DNA of 64,000 nucleotides from Thermoplasmatales archaeon. GTDB taxonomy: Archaea; Thermoplasmatota; E2; DHVEG-1. Shown here in pieces: positions 18,488 through 28,481 of the stretch (positions are counted from its first letter, which is position 1; each line of letters starts with the position of its first letter). The translations under genes and the position numbers were made by a program. The stretch covers positions 17 through 64,016 of the forward strand of contig DAOVGR010000047.1 in the NCBI GenBank assembly GCA_030672305.1. The letters are read 5' to 3'. The notes beneath the pieces were generated by a model that saw nothing but the letters and a program-made list of their open reading frames with translations, ran no database searches and was not told where the DNA came from.

Positions 18488-19046
18488 ATGATTCTCCTCT
18501 AATTATTCCAGATGCTATTAGATGAGCCACTCTTATTGGTTCAGGTATAACACCTTGTATTGTTGAAATCTTTATTATTTCTTTTGCTTCTTCAATATCT
18601 ATTCCAGAACATTTAATGTAAATTGGATTATAATTTGTCAAAACTTCGTGAATTTCTCCATTTTTTATAAGTGTCAAACGTTTTTCCCAATCAATAAAAT
18701 TTTTCTTTAGTGCTTCCTCCATCTTATTTAAATCCGGTTTATCTCTTGTAACTGTTATTACTGGAAGGTTTGTAGATTTAAATATTTCATCAATATCAAC
18801 AACATTGAATCCTCCGAGTGCAATGCCATCTAGAAGCATTGCTTTTAACTGTTTCCTGTGTCTTGTATTTTTTATCATATCTTTACAGACAAAGGTTGCA
18901 TCATCTCCGTCAATTGTAATTTTATTTTTTATAACACATTCAAGGTAATTACCACCTCGCATAACAACACCAATTATCGTTGCATACGTATCTGTAAATG
19001 TAAAAGGAGAATCATCAACTCCAAGCAACCGGATTTGTTGTTTCAT
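18474..19046 (-). CDS. DUF99/UPF0215 protein (endonuclease V-like fold)
   Basis: RLLGVDDSPF...GVVMRGG pattern. The gene overlaps the ferredoxin gene by 14 nt. Confidence 0.65.
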   Translation of the reverse strand: MKQQIRLLGVDDSPFTFTDTYATIIGVVMRGGNYLECVIKNKITIDGDDATFVCKDMIKNTRHRKQLKAMLLDGIALGGFNVVDIDEIFKSTNLPVITVTRDKPDLNKMEEALKKNFIDWEKRLTLIKNGEIHEVLTNYNPIYIKCSGIDIEEAKEIIKISTIQGVIPEPIRVAHLIASGIIRGESYGKA

Positions 19047-19096
19047 TTTAAAAAACGAATCTCTTAAATTATAATAAAGTTTCGAATTTTTATTTT

Positions 19097-19456
19097 TTAT
19101 AATAATTGTAAATCTCCAGTTATTTGATCAATAAGATTACTTGGTGCAGGACCAATCCCCAGAACTGTTTTTGTCCCTGCAGGTATTTCAGTAAGACCTG
19201 CATCTGTTATTATATGAGATACAATTTTAAGTTCGTCAGCCTTTTCTTTAAGAGGATAAAAATCTTTCTCGCTTTCAACTTTTACAACAGCTTTCTTTGC
19301 CCCTTCTATTTGCCATTTATTGAACCATTTAGAATTCTCTTTTTTTGTATCAAGCGAGCATGCAACAGCTGCATGAGCAACTTGGACAGCAAGCTTACCC
19401 GGCGAAAGTTCTAAATTCTTTCTGGTAACTATAACCATCTTATAATCAAATTCCAT
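19097..19456 (-). CDS. pth2: Peptidyl-tRNA hydrolase, archaeal/eukaryotic type (Pth2)
   Basis: KMVIVTRKNLELSPGKLAVQVAHAAV...ITDAGLTEIPAGTKTVLGIGPAP. The start at ATG 19456 (MEFDYKMVIV) is preferred over 19486. Confidence 0.85.
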   Translation of the reverse strand: MEFDYKMVIVTRKNLELSPGKLAVQVAHAAVACSLDTKKENSKWFNKWQIEGAKKAVVKVESEKDFYPLKEKADELKIVSHIITDAGLTEIPAGTKTVLGIGPAPSNLIDQITGDLQLL

Positions 19457-19802
19457 TATTATCTCCTTGATTATAATGAATTTCACGGAATGATTCTCGT
19501 CGCCATTTTTCGCCTATTATTTCAGCTTTGTCTTGCTCTACAAGTCCTTTAACAAGTAATGTTTTTTCTTCTTCTTCTATGTGTTTAAGAGGAACTCCAA
19601 GGTACTTTTTACCTGATTTTATAATAAGAATATCATTATCTACTGCTACACTTTCTCCTACTTTTCTTCCAGATCCATCTAATACAAATCGACATGTAAG
19701 ATTTTTTTTATAGGTTTCTTCCTCTTCAATATCCTTTTTTTTCCTATTTCTATTTCTCGAAAAAAAGAAAATAAATCCTATAGATAAAACTCCAATAATC
19801 AT
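19446..19802 (-). CDS. Membrane-anchored small protein, possibly PRC-barrel-like
   Basis: N-terminal TM helix and a basic stretch, then FVLDGSGRKVGESVAVDNDILIIKSGKKYLGVPL, which resembles a PRC-barrel strand pattern. This is a weak call. Confidence 0.35.
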   Translation of the reverse strand: MIIGVLSIGFIFFFSRNRNRKKKDIEEEETYKKNLTCRFVLDGSGRKVGESVAVDNDILIIKSGKKYLGVPLKHIEEEEKTLLVKGLVEQDKAEIIGEKWRRESFREIHYNQGDNNGI

Positions 19803-19869
19803 TAATTGGTCCCTGCCACAGAATCTGCGAATCTGTTATAAATCTTTGTAAATATACATTTCTAAAATT

Positions 19870-21057
19870 ATGTTAGAATATGATGCTATAATTGTTGGAG
19901 GCGGCCCAATTGGAGGTTACATTGCTGGAAAGATTGCAGAGAAAAAATTTAATGTTGCTTTATTAGAAAAAAACAAAGAAATCGGGGTTCCAATGAACTG
20001 CGCAGGGCTTATCACACCTAGGGTATTTGATTTATTAGAAATATCAAAAAAACCTATTATTGAAAATAAAATCAAAGGAGCAAATATTCATTCCCCTTCT
20101 GGAAAAATTTTGAAAATTGGGGGAGATAAGATTCATGCATTGGTAATAGATCGGTCAAAGTTTGACAAAGAAATAAATAAAAAAGGAAAAGAAAAAGGAG
20201 TTGAGGTTTTTTTAGAAAATAATGTATTATCAGCTCAAAAAATTGAAAAGCAAATAGAGATCAAGACCTCAAAAAACCATGATTTTAAATGTAAATTACT
20301 TGTTGGTGCAGATGGTCCTTATTCAAAAGTTAGAGATAGGTTTGCATTTCCTGAACCAAAAGAATTTTTAAGGGGAATGGGGGCAGAGATAACAAATACT
20401 AATTTAGATCCAAATTTTGTTGAGATATTTGTTGGAAAAAACATTGCACCTGGTTTTTTTGCTTGGATAATACCAACAAATAAAGATGGAACCAGAGCAA
20501 GGATTGGGTTATGTATAAGTCAGGAATCTCCTAAATTTCCAAAGTATTATTTTTCAAATTTGTTAAAGAGTAAAATTACTTCGGATCTCATAAGTAACGC
20601 AAAAATTACTAAGCGGTTTGGAGGAGTTATACCTTTAGGTGCTTTGAAAAAGACATATGATTCTAATATACTTCTTGCAGGTGATGCAGCCGCACAGGTG
20701 AAACCTACATCAGGGGGAGGAATTTATACTGGACTTAAATGTGCAACTCACTGTTCAAATGTTTCAATTGAGGCTTTAGAAAAAAATGATTTTTCTTCTC
20801 AATATCTTAAAAAATATCATAAATTTTGGTTTGCAGATATTGGAAAAGAGCTAAATCTCGGAATGAAATTTAGAAAGGTATTTAAACATTTTACAGACAA
20901 ACATTTTGATAAGTACATAGAAAAATTTCAAAGCCCAAAAATTAATGAAATCATTTCTAGATATGGAGATATTGATTATCCTTCTAAACTTATAAAACCG
21001 ATGCTTAAAAAAACACCTTCTCTTCTAAGACTTTTACCAACAGCAATAAAGGATTAA
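19870..21057 (+). CDS. Geranylgeranyl reductase family FAD-dependent oxidoreductase (second paralog)
   Basis: YDAIIVGGGPIGGYIA, LVGADGPYSKVR and LAGDAAAQVKPTSGGGI motifs. Confidence 0.8.
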   Translation: MLEYDAIIVGGGPIGGYIAGKIAEKKFNVALLEKNKEIGVPMNCAGLITPRVFDLLEISKKPIIENKIKGANIHSPSGKILKIGGDKIHALVIDRSKFDKEINKKGKEKGVEVFLENNVLSAQKIEKQIEIKTSKNHDFKCKLLVGADGPYSKVRDRFAFPEPKEFLRGMGAEITNTNLDPNFVEIFVGKNIAPGFFAWIIPTNKDGTRARIGLCISQESPKFPKYYFSNLLKSKITSDLISNAKITKRFGGVIPLGALKKTYDSNILLAGDAAAQVKPTSGGGIYTGLKCATHCSNVSIEALEKNDFSSQYLKKYHKFWFADIGKELNLGMKFRKVFKHFTDKHFDKYIEKFQSPKINEIISRYGDIDYPSKLIKPMLKKTPSLLRLLPTAIKD

Positions 21058-21069
21058 AAAAAATATTTT

Positions 21070-23265
21070 TTATTTAGAGCCCGGTGGAGGAGGAACAAAA
21101 AAATCTTCGTCTTCATAACCTGTTGTGTCCTCTTCCTCAGGATAGTATACCTCACCTCTCTTTGCTCTTCTTTTCCTTCTAATTATAAAGATTACAATTA
21201 TTAGAATTAAAGTTATAAATAAACTTATAATGCATGGAGTGAAAATACCTATAATAAATAATGCAGATGGTATCATTTTACATGAAACATCGACTATTTG
21301 ATTGGATTCAGAAGCACTAAATTTAATCTGTAAATAATTACGTCCATCATTCAATTCCCCAAATTCGGCCTTGTCTAATGGGTCGCTAATTTCTATAAGT
21401 ATACCATTAGGGAAAATCATTCTATAAGTTACATCTTGGTTTTGTAAACCTGTGAAGTTGAAAGTTCTTCTTGGAATTTCAAATTTTGGAGGTATGAATG
21501 AAAAATCAAATGAAATAGAATACAAACTATGTGTAGAGGTTGCCACATTTACAGGTTTTTCAGCATCCATATCTGAAATATTTCCATCCCATTGAAGAGA
21601 TTCATCAAAACTATCTTTGTTTGCATTTGTACTTACCTCTAATCCTGGAAGAAGATGTTTAAAAATACCTTCAAATTCGTTTGATTCACTAATTAGGAAC
21701 TTATTTACACTATTTTCACTAAACACATTTTCTTCTACACAGAGCCTAAAAGCATCAGCGCTTAAGTAATTTAAAGACAACTTTTCAGGTAAAAAAAATT
21801 CATTAGGAACATTGGTTACATTATAGTTACGATTTGCCTTTAAACCTAGTCCAAATGATAGTTCAGTTTTTCCTGTGAAAAAGCTAAGCAAGTTTAAATC
21901 AGTGCTTATTATTTCAATTTCAATTATTGTATCTTTTTCTTCACTAGAATAAGAAACTGCATCATCTGATTGAAAATCACCGGAAATTGAACTTGTGCCA
22001 TTCCATGTATAAACATTTTTACCTTCTAAATAAAGTTTATCTGGAAGATAAATAGTTACATTATATTCATAACCAATTCTATTTAATTCCTCACCAAAAT
22101 TAATGTCTTCTTTTGAGATGCTTACTATTCCACCTGAATTAATTAAACCAAATAATGCTCTGCTCGAAATGGCACATATTTGCAGATCTATATTACTATC
22201 TTTAAATACCGCCCGAATAGGGGGATTATTATTCATATTTGATAATTCATAAGGAATTAAACAGTCTATTGTAGTTTCATCATCCCAATTAAATAATATA
22301 TCCAGTGTTTGATTAAAAGGAGATTCTTCTATAGTTGTTATCATTTTTTCTTCAATTGGTTTTACAGTTTTTTCATAAAATTTATCCCATGTAATAAATC
22401 CATTATCAACAAATAATCTAAAACCATCTGCAGGTAAAAAATTTATATTTGATATAAACTCCGGTATAATATTATACTCTCTAATATCCATATTTTTAAT
22501 AATTAAATTCGTAATTAAACTTGGGTTCTTTGTATACGTTGAATCTAATTCAAAACCTATGAAAATATCCTCGGATTCTAATTTTTCTGTTGTTGGTTCT
22601 TTCTTTTTTACTTGGATATCTGCAATTTTGTTTTGAATAGCACCATCCCAATTTCTAACCATCCAAACAATATATTTGTCACTTGGTGTCCCTGTTGTTC
22701 TTTTGAATTCAAGATCGCCACCCAAATCTATAATGTAAGAATTATTCCAGCCTGGTTCTGCTTGAAGAATAAGGGAGTAATTTACCAAAGCACTAATATC
22801 TAAAACACCATTGATAAAATCCTTAGCATTTACAGAATCATCTAATTTAAAAAATGAGGAAGATAAACTTACATTCAACTCTTCAGTAAATACATATCCA
22901 TCAAATATTGGTATTTCAAAGTCTTTAATTTCAGCATTTTCGAATGTCACTCCAAGTTGGTTTTCAAGCATTATGTATAGAAGATATCCAAGAGCCCCAA
23001 GTTGCTGAGAAGATGCACTTTTAATCTCTTCAGCTGTAAATGTCTTATCTGTTGTTAATTTTCGAGCATCTATTGTGATTTCGATGTTCAGATCGGTTCC
23101 TGTAATAAATTCAATATTAAATGTTGCTTCAACTAAATTATCTATTGTATCTTCAGCAGTAACAGTGCTAATAATAAAAAATGATAATAAAATTATTGAA
23201 CAGATTAATAATGTTATCAATCTACCTAGTTGCATTACACCCACATCCTTCTTAGGATAAAACAT
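21070..23265 (-). CDS. Large surface protein with signal peptide and C-terminal TM anchor (candidate S-layer or cell-surface glycoprotein)
   Basis: N-terminal hydrophobic signal (LITLLICSIILLSFFII). Long extracellular region rich in N-x-S/T sequons. C-terminal TM helix followed by RRKRRAKRG and an acidic tail ending in PPPPGSK. Confidence 0.5.
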   Translation of the reverse strand: MFYPKKDVGVMQLGRLITLLICSIILLSFFIISTVTAEDTIDNLVEATFNIEFITGTDLNIEITIDARKLTTDKTFTAEEIKSASSQQLGALGYLLYIMLENQLGVTFENAEIKDFEIPIFDGYVFTEELNVSLSSSFFKLDDSVNAKDFINGVLDISALVNYSLILQAEPGWNNSYIIDLGGDLEFKRTTGTPSDKYIVWMVRNWDGAIQNKIADIQVKKKEPTTEKLESEDIFIGFELDSTYTKNPSLITNLIIKNMDIREYNIIPEFISNINFLPADGFRLFVDNGFITWDKFYEKTVKPIEEKMITTIEESPFNQTLDILFNWDDETTIDCLIPYELSNMNNNPPIRAVFKDSNIDLQICAISSRALFGLINSGGIVSISKEDINFGEELNRIGYEYNVTIYLPDKLYLEGKNVYTWNGTSSISGDFQSDDAVSYSSEEKDTIIEIEIISTDLNLLSFFTGKTELSFGLGLKANRNYNVTNVPNEFFLPEKLSLNYLSADAFRLCVEENVFSENSVNKFLISESNEFEGIFKHLLPGLEVSTNANKDSFDESLQWDGNISDMDAEKPVNVATSTHSLYSISFDFSFIPPKFEIPRRTFNFTGLQNQDVTYRMIFPNGILIEISDPLDKAEFGELNDGRNYLQIKFSASESNQIVDVSCKMIPSALFIIGIFTPCIISLFITLILIIVIFIIRRKRRAKRGEVYYPEEEDTTGYEDEDFFVPPPPGSK

Positions 23266-23343
23266 ATGGTCCTTATAAAAACTTTCTTACAAAAATTTAC
23301 GAAACCACTAAAAACACTTTTGTAATTTCAAACATGTTATCAA

Positions 23344-24198
23344 ATGTATATAATTGGTGGAACGGCATCTAAAACTGTTGCTGAGGATTTATCAAAGGAA
23401 TTAGATGTTCCATTAGCAAATACAATATCAAAACGTTTCCCAGACGATGAATTTTATGTTCGTATTCTAGATGATATTTCAGGAGAACACGTGATAATTG
23501 TACAAACTACTTATCCTGACCATAATACTGTTGAACTTTTTTTATTACAAAATGCAGTTGAAGAATCAGGTGCCAAAAAAATCACGGTTGTAATTCCATA
23601 TTTTGGCTATGCCAGACAAGATACAAAATTTCAAGAAGGAGAACCAATAAGTGCTAAAGCGTTGGCAAATCTCATCAGTTTGAATGCTGATAAAGTAATA
23701 ACTGTAGATCCACATAAACAACATATATTAGATTTTTTTTCCACATCCGCTTATAGTTGTTCTGCAGTTCCAGAGTTAGCTAAATATCTCAAGAATAAGG
23801 ATATTAATATGATTCTTGCACCAGACAAAGGTGCACTCGAAAGAGCAAAACGAGCATCTGAGATTATTGAATGTGATTTTGATTATATGGAAAAAACAAG
23901 AATTGATGATTCAACTATTGAAATTAAACCAAAGAAATTAAATGCAGAAAATAAGAATATTGCAATAATCGATGACATAATCTCGACCGGTAGTACGATG
24001 GCAAAGTCAATTCAACAGCTAAAAAGACATGGTGCAAAAAATGTTTTTGTAGCATGTACACATGGTCTCTTTGCAGGAGCTGCAGTAAAAAAATTAGTAA
24101 ATGCAGGTTGTAATGAAATTATATCTACAGATACTATTCAGAGTGATTTCAGTAAAGTAAAAATTTCACCATGTATTTCACCCTTTTTTAAAAAGTAA
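23344..24198 (+). CDS. prs: Ribose-phosphate pyrophosphokinase
   Basis: RFPDDEFYVRI, YFGYARQD, VDPHK and the PRPP-binding loop AIIDDIISTGSTM. Confidence 0.9.
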   Translation: MYIIGGTASKTVAEDLSKELDVPLANTISKRFPDDEFYVRILDDISGEHVIIVQTTYPDHNTVELFLLQNAVEESGAKKITVVIPYFGYARQDTKFQEGEPISAKALANLISLNADKVITVDPHKQHILDFFSTSAYSCSAVPELAKYLKNKDINMILAPDKGALERAKRASEIIECDFDYMEKTRIDDSTIEIKPKKLNAENKNIAIIDDIISTGSTMAKSIQQLKRHGAKNVFVACTHGLFAGAAVKKLVNAGCNEIISTDTIQSDFSKVKISPCISPFFKK

Positions 24199-24252
24199 TA
24201 CATAAGTTAATTATAAATAAGGGAATAAATTTACGTTTGTAAATATTCTAAG

Positions 24253-27200
24253 GTGAATTTAATGAGAAAAAGAGCTCAAAGACGAATTCGGCCAACATCA
24301 GAAGATCCAAAATATATCGCTAAGTCATCAAGACCAATTTTAGAAAAAAAGCAATTTAGCGTTAAAAAAAATTGGTGGATAGCAATTGCACTAGTTGGTA
24401 TATTTTTCATGGTTTTATTTTTAAATTCTTACTTCAATGTTGCTAGTGAGGTTTCAATAAATCCAGAGGGTGAAGGCTTCAACAAGTTTTATTTATCTGG
24501 ACCTGACCCATACTATAATTTAAGGCTTGTTAAAGAAACCTATGAAACAGGTAAATATCCTTTCTTTTATGAGCCAGATCCCTTACTTAATTATCCTCTC
24601 GGTTCAGCAGGTGGTAGAGCTCCATTATTTAATATGATGGCTTTAGGTTTCAGCCGAGTTTTATCACCATTTATTGATGAAATCGAAGCTGTTGGATATG
24701 CAATGCAGTTTGTTCCAGCATTATTTGGAGCTTTATTGGTATTTGTAGTTTATTTTATAGGAAAAGAACTTTTTAACAAAAAAGCAGGTCTTTTTGGAGC
24801 ATTTTTCATTGCAATTATCCCAATTCATCTTGGGTCTGGTCATGGATCAGCATATGGGCTTTTTGACCATGACTCTTTCAATCTTTTACTATTTTTCCTT
24901 ACTTTCCTATTTTTAATAAAAGCTATTAAAGAAAAAGATTCAACAAAATCAATGTTATATGCTATTCTTGGAGGTGTGCCTCTTGCAGGATTATCGATGA
25001 CCTGGGTAGAGGCTCAATATCTGTACACTGTAATTGCTATTTATGCAATTGTACAGATGTTGTTTGATATCTTCACAAATAAGATAGAATTCAAGGTCTT
25101 TAGAACCACTTCACTTATCCTTTTTTCAGGTTATTTAATTTCTGCTCCAGTCATTTCATTTAGACCTGATGGATTTTCACCAAATATTACTCTGTATATA
25201 TGTATATTTGTTGCACTTTTTGGTGTAATATATTATTTATTTGGTAAATTAAAAATCCCATGGACAATATCTTTTCCAACAATTATGGTCATGGGCGTTG
25301 CTGGTTTAGGAATAATTTATTTTGCTAAAGATTTAACTCAACAATTTTCTTTCCTAGCCCCCTTACAAAAACTATCAACAGTGATATTTGGGACTGGTAT
25401 CTATGGTAAGAAAGTTTCTATGACTATCGCAGAGGCCGGTACTTATCAAATTAGTCAAACTGTTATGTCATTTGGGCCTGCGATATATTGGATTGGTTGG
25501 GGTGGGCTTGTCTATCTTATTTATCATTATTATAAAAATAAACTTCGCAGGGAATATTTGTTTATTATCATATTATTTGTAACTAATATTTGGTTAGCAG
25601 GTATTGCTGGTCGTTTTTTAAACGATATGGTTCCTGTAATAGTTGTTCTTTCTGGTTGGATTGTTTGGCTTTTCGTTGAATGGATAGATTACAAACAAAT
25701 GTTAAGAAATATAAAGAGCTCTGGTGGAGGATTACATGGTATTCGTCGGGGTGTAAAATTCCTTCATATTTTTGGTATTTTATTTTTAGCCTTAATTGTA
25801 ATATTACCTAATGTTTTTGTAGCTTTTGATGCAGCAGTACCAAGTGTACCTAAACAAAAAGAAGATGGCACATGGACCTCTTTAAAGGCATATATGTATG
25901 GAGATGACAATTATAGAGGTGCTTATGGTTTAGGAATTGTTAAAGAAAAATATTGGCAAGATGCTTTCGAATGGTTAAGTGAACAGGATACTAACATTAA
26001 TGATTCTAATAATAGACCAGGTTTTATTTCGTGGTGGGACTATGGATTCTATGCGTCAGCACTTGGTGAGCATCCCACAGTTGCTGATAATTTCCAAGAT
26101 GGAATTCCAGTTGCAGCAAATTTCCATACAGCTGTTAGTGAAAAGGAAGCAGTATCTGTCTGGATAACTAGATTGTTAGAAGGAGAAAAAAGACATAACG
26201 ATGGTAAACTCACGGAAGCTACAGCCCACGTTCTGATAGATCATTTAGGTGAGGATAACAAATCTAAGGTAGAACAATGGATATTAAATCCTACAGCATC
26301 TCCGTCCTTTGCAGATCCTATTGGAGAGGAATATGATGAAGAAACTAGTATGCAATATACGGTGGGTCAGCAATATCCAGAAAATGCTGCTTATAATGAC
26401 ATAGTTGAACTTTTAAACAGCACTCTTGATGAGGAAAAGATAACATGGCTTTATCATGATCTCCAGGAATCTACAGGTTGGAGTATTCGCTATTATGGCG
26501 TTGAAGGTTATGATAGACAAATTTTCAACATTTTTTCATTTTTGTCTGATAAAAGTTTACTTTTAATAAATGGTATTGCAGATGATTATGTAGAGCTTCT
26601 TTATGAGGGATATATAATTGATCCTTCTACAGGACAGAAAAAACCTGGATCAGACGCCACTTGGACTGCTGTTGAAGTAATAAATTGGGATAAAGAAGAG
26701 AGAAAATTCAATGTCGTTACGAACACACAAACAAAACAAAAAGATCTGTATTTTGATACGATGTTTTATAGGACTTATATTGGTCCTGCACAAGGAGAAT
26801 CTCCTGATAAAAAGGAATTTGAATATCAAATTCCATGTGTAAATATGAAACATTTTTATGCGGAATTTTTCTCAGATTTATCATTATATCCATACTATGA
26901 CACTGGAAAAGCTGCTGTGGTAATTGCGAAGTACTATGAGGGTGCATTTCTTAATGGAACAGTTTCCTTTATGGGAGAGCCGGTTGATGCAACAGTTATT
27001 GTTCAAAAGAATGTTACTTACTATGGAGATTATTCAGCTCCGATTGATCATGATAAAATTACTACATCAGAAAATGGTAACTTTTCTCTTATTGCTGGTG
27101 CTGGAGCAAGACTTCAAATACTTAGAAATTATCCTGAAAACATCCAACCATTTGCAATGAAAAATTTGACTTTTGATGGGGAGGTAGGCTCTGAATTTGC

Positions 27201-28425
27201 ACCTATCTCTGATGATGATGCAATGAGAAAAGGAACTAATTACGAGAGATTTTTAAACGTTTCAATTGAACCTGCTAATTTAGAAGGTCATATATATAAT
27301 GATAAAAATGGTGATGGGTTCTATAACAAATCAGTTGATACTCCGTTACAAGACGTCTACATCGAGATGTATGATATAGCAAATCCGCAATCACCAATAA
27401 CAAGAACAACGAATAAATTTGGGTTTTTTAAAGTTACAGATTTAATGCCAGGTTATTATTATGTAAGAGCAATCAAAGATGGTTACTCATTAAATGAACG
27501 ATTACTCGATTTATATGAAGATAATAACTATTTTAACATTTCTGAATTGAAACATTCTTCAATTGAAGGAAAAGTTTACTTCGAGGATGAATCAAATACT
27601 GTTAACGATACAACCATATTACTACTCTATAAACGTATGAATATCCAAGGAGAAGTTGATGAAGAGTTTTTAGTTAATAACACAGATACAGATGCAAATG
27701 GAAGATATGCATTTTATGATCTTGTGCCAGGTGAATATGAACTGCAAATTCAAAAAGGTCTCATATATAGACAACTTGAAGAAGTTACATTAAGAGAAAA
27801 TGAGACATTGATACATAATGTTTCATTAGAATACAATCCGGTAAGAGTAGTTGGAGCTACCAGATATAATGGAATTGGTGTAAGAAATATTGAAATCATT
27901 TTCAATCCAGATAGTGTTGTAGAAAACAATACTGCTGAAAGAAGAGAAACGATAACTACTGAAGAAAACGGTCTCTATCAAATTGATCTAACACCAGGTT
28001 CATACAATGTTACTGTTCTAGATAGAGAAGGACAAATCTTAGTTTACTCATTTAATGACATTTTGGAATTACAGATTGGAGAAGGTAAACATTCATATAA
28101 TATTTCTTTAACCAAGCATTCGACCAATTTAAGCGGTTTCACCTTGTATAATGATATAAATATTCCTAATATAATAGATATTAGATTTACTCCTGATAGA
28201 AGTATCGTTAATAACACAGCTATCTATGGTGTAACAGTTGAATCAGATGAAACAGGATATTATACTGTAGAATTAGCACCTGGATCATATAATGTTACAG
28301 TCGACCATGAATTTACAGAAAACGGGCAAAACTATTCCTATATTTTCAGTAGTAACTTAGAAATTAGCATTGAACCATTAATAATAACTTCTGACATTAA
28401 AATGATAAGAGAAGAAACTGATTGA
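24253..28425 (+). CDS. aglB: Archaeal oligosaccharyltransferase AglB (STT3 family) with a long C-terminal array of Ig-like/carboxypeptidase-regulatory-like modules
   Basis: Polytopic N-terminal half followed by the signature FISWWDYGFYA (WWDYG motif). About 490 C-terminal residues form five repeated beta-sandwich-like modules. The GTG start is at 24253, with ATG at 24262. Confidence 0.85.
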   Translation: MNLMRKRAQRRIRPTSEDPKYIAKSSRPILEKKQFSVKKNWWIAIALVGIFFMVLFLNSYFNVASEVSINPEGEGFNKFYLSGPDPYYNLRLVKETYETGKYPFFYEPDPLLNYPLGSAGGRAPLFNMMALGFSRVLSPFIDEIEAVGYAMQFVPALFGALLVFVVYFIGKELFNKKAGLFGAFFIAIIPIHLGSGHGSAYGLFDHDSFNLLLFFLTFLFLIKAIKEKDSTKSMLYAILGGVPLAGLSMTWVEAQYLYTVIAIYAIVQMLFDIFTNKIEFKVFRTTSLILFSGYLISAPVISFRPDGFSPNITLYICIFVALFGVIYYLFGKLKIPWTISFPTIMVMGVAGLGIIYFAKDLTQQFSFLAPLQKLSTVIFGTGIYGKKVSMTIAEAGTYQISQTVMSFGPAIYWIGWGGLVYLIYHYYKNKLRREYLFIIILFVTNIWLAGIAGRFLNDMVPVIVVLSGWIVWLFVEWIDYKQMLRNIKSSGGGLHGIRRGVKFLHIFGILFLALIVILPNVFVAFDAAVPSVPKQKEDGTWTSLKAYMYGDDNYRGAYGLGIVKEKYWQDAFEWLSEQDTNINDSNNRPGFISWWDYGFYASALGEHPTVADNFQDGIPVAANFHTAVSEKEAVSVWITRLLEGEKRHNDGKLTEATAHVLIDHLGEDNKSKVEQWILNPTASPSFADPIGEEYDEETSMQYTVGQQYPENAAYNDIVELLNSTLDEEKITWLYHDLQESTGWSIRYYGVEGYDRQIFNIFSFLSDKSLLLINGIADDYVELLYEGYIIDPSTGQKKPGSDATWTAVEVINWDKEERKFNVVTNTQTKQKDLYFDTMFYRTYIGPAQGESPDKKEFEYQIPCVNMKHFYAEFFSDLSLYPYYDTGKAAVVIAKYYEGAFLNGTVSFMGEPVDATVIVQKNVTYYGDYSAPIDHDKITTSENGNFSLIAGAGARLQILRNYPENIQPFAMKNLTFDGEVGSEFAPISDDDAMRKGTNYERFLNVSIEPANLEGHIYNDKNGDGFYNKSVDTPLQDVYIEMYDIANPQSPITRTTNKFGFFKVTDLMPGYYYVRAIKDGYSLNERLLDLYEDNNYFNISELKHSSIEGKVYFEDESNTVNDTTILLLYKRMNIQGEVDEEFLVNNTDTDANGRYAFYDLVPGEYELQIQKGLIYRQLEEVTLRENETLIHNVSLEYNPVRVVGATRYNGIGVRNIEIIFNPDSVVENNTAERRETITTEENGLYQIDLTPGSYNVTVLDREGQILVYSFNDILELQIGEGKHSYNISLTKHSTNLSGFTLYNDINIPNIIDIRFTPDRSIVNNTAIYGVTVESDETGYYTVELAPGSYNVTVDHEFTENGQNYSYIFSSNLEISIEPLIITSDIKMIREETD
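26940..28422 (+). repeat. Five tandem divergent domain repeats inside aglB
   Basis: Recurring pattern ...(E/D)xNG.Y.(F/I/V).L.PG.Y.(V/L). Examples: SENGNFSLIAGAGA, NKFGFFKVTDLMPGYYYVRA, DANGRYAFYDLVPGEYELQI, EENGLYQIDLTPGSYNVTV, DETGYYTVELAPGSYNVTV. Confidence 0.7.
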
Positions 28426-28481
28426 GATACCTAAATCTATCTAACCAAATCTTATTAACAATACTTTCAATACTTTTTTTC

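Noticed and set aside
19803-19869. Short repeats (GAATCTG x2 and ACAGA...TCTGT) in the divergent promoter region between 19802 and 19870.
   Set aside because: These are 5-7 bp elements, too short to separate from chance.
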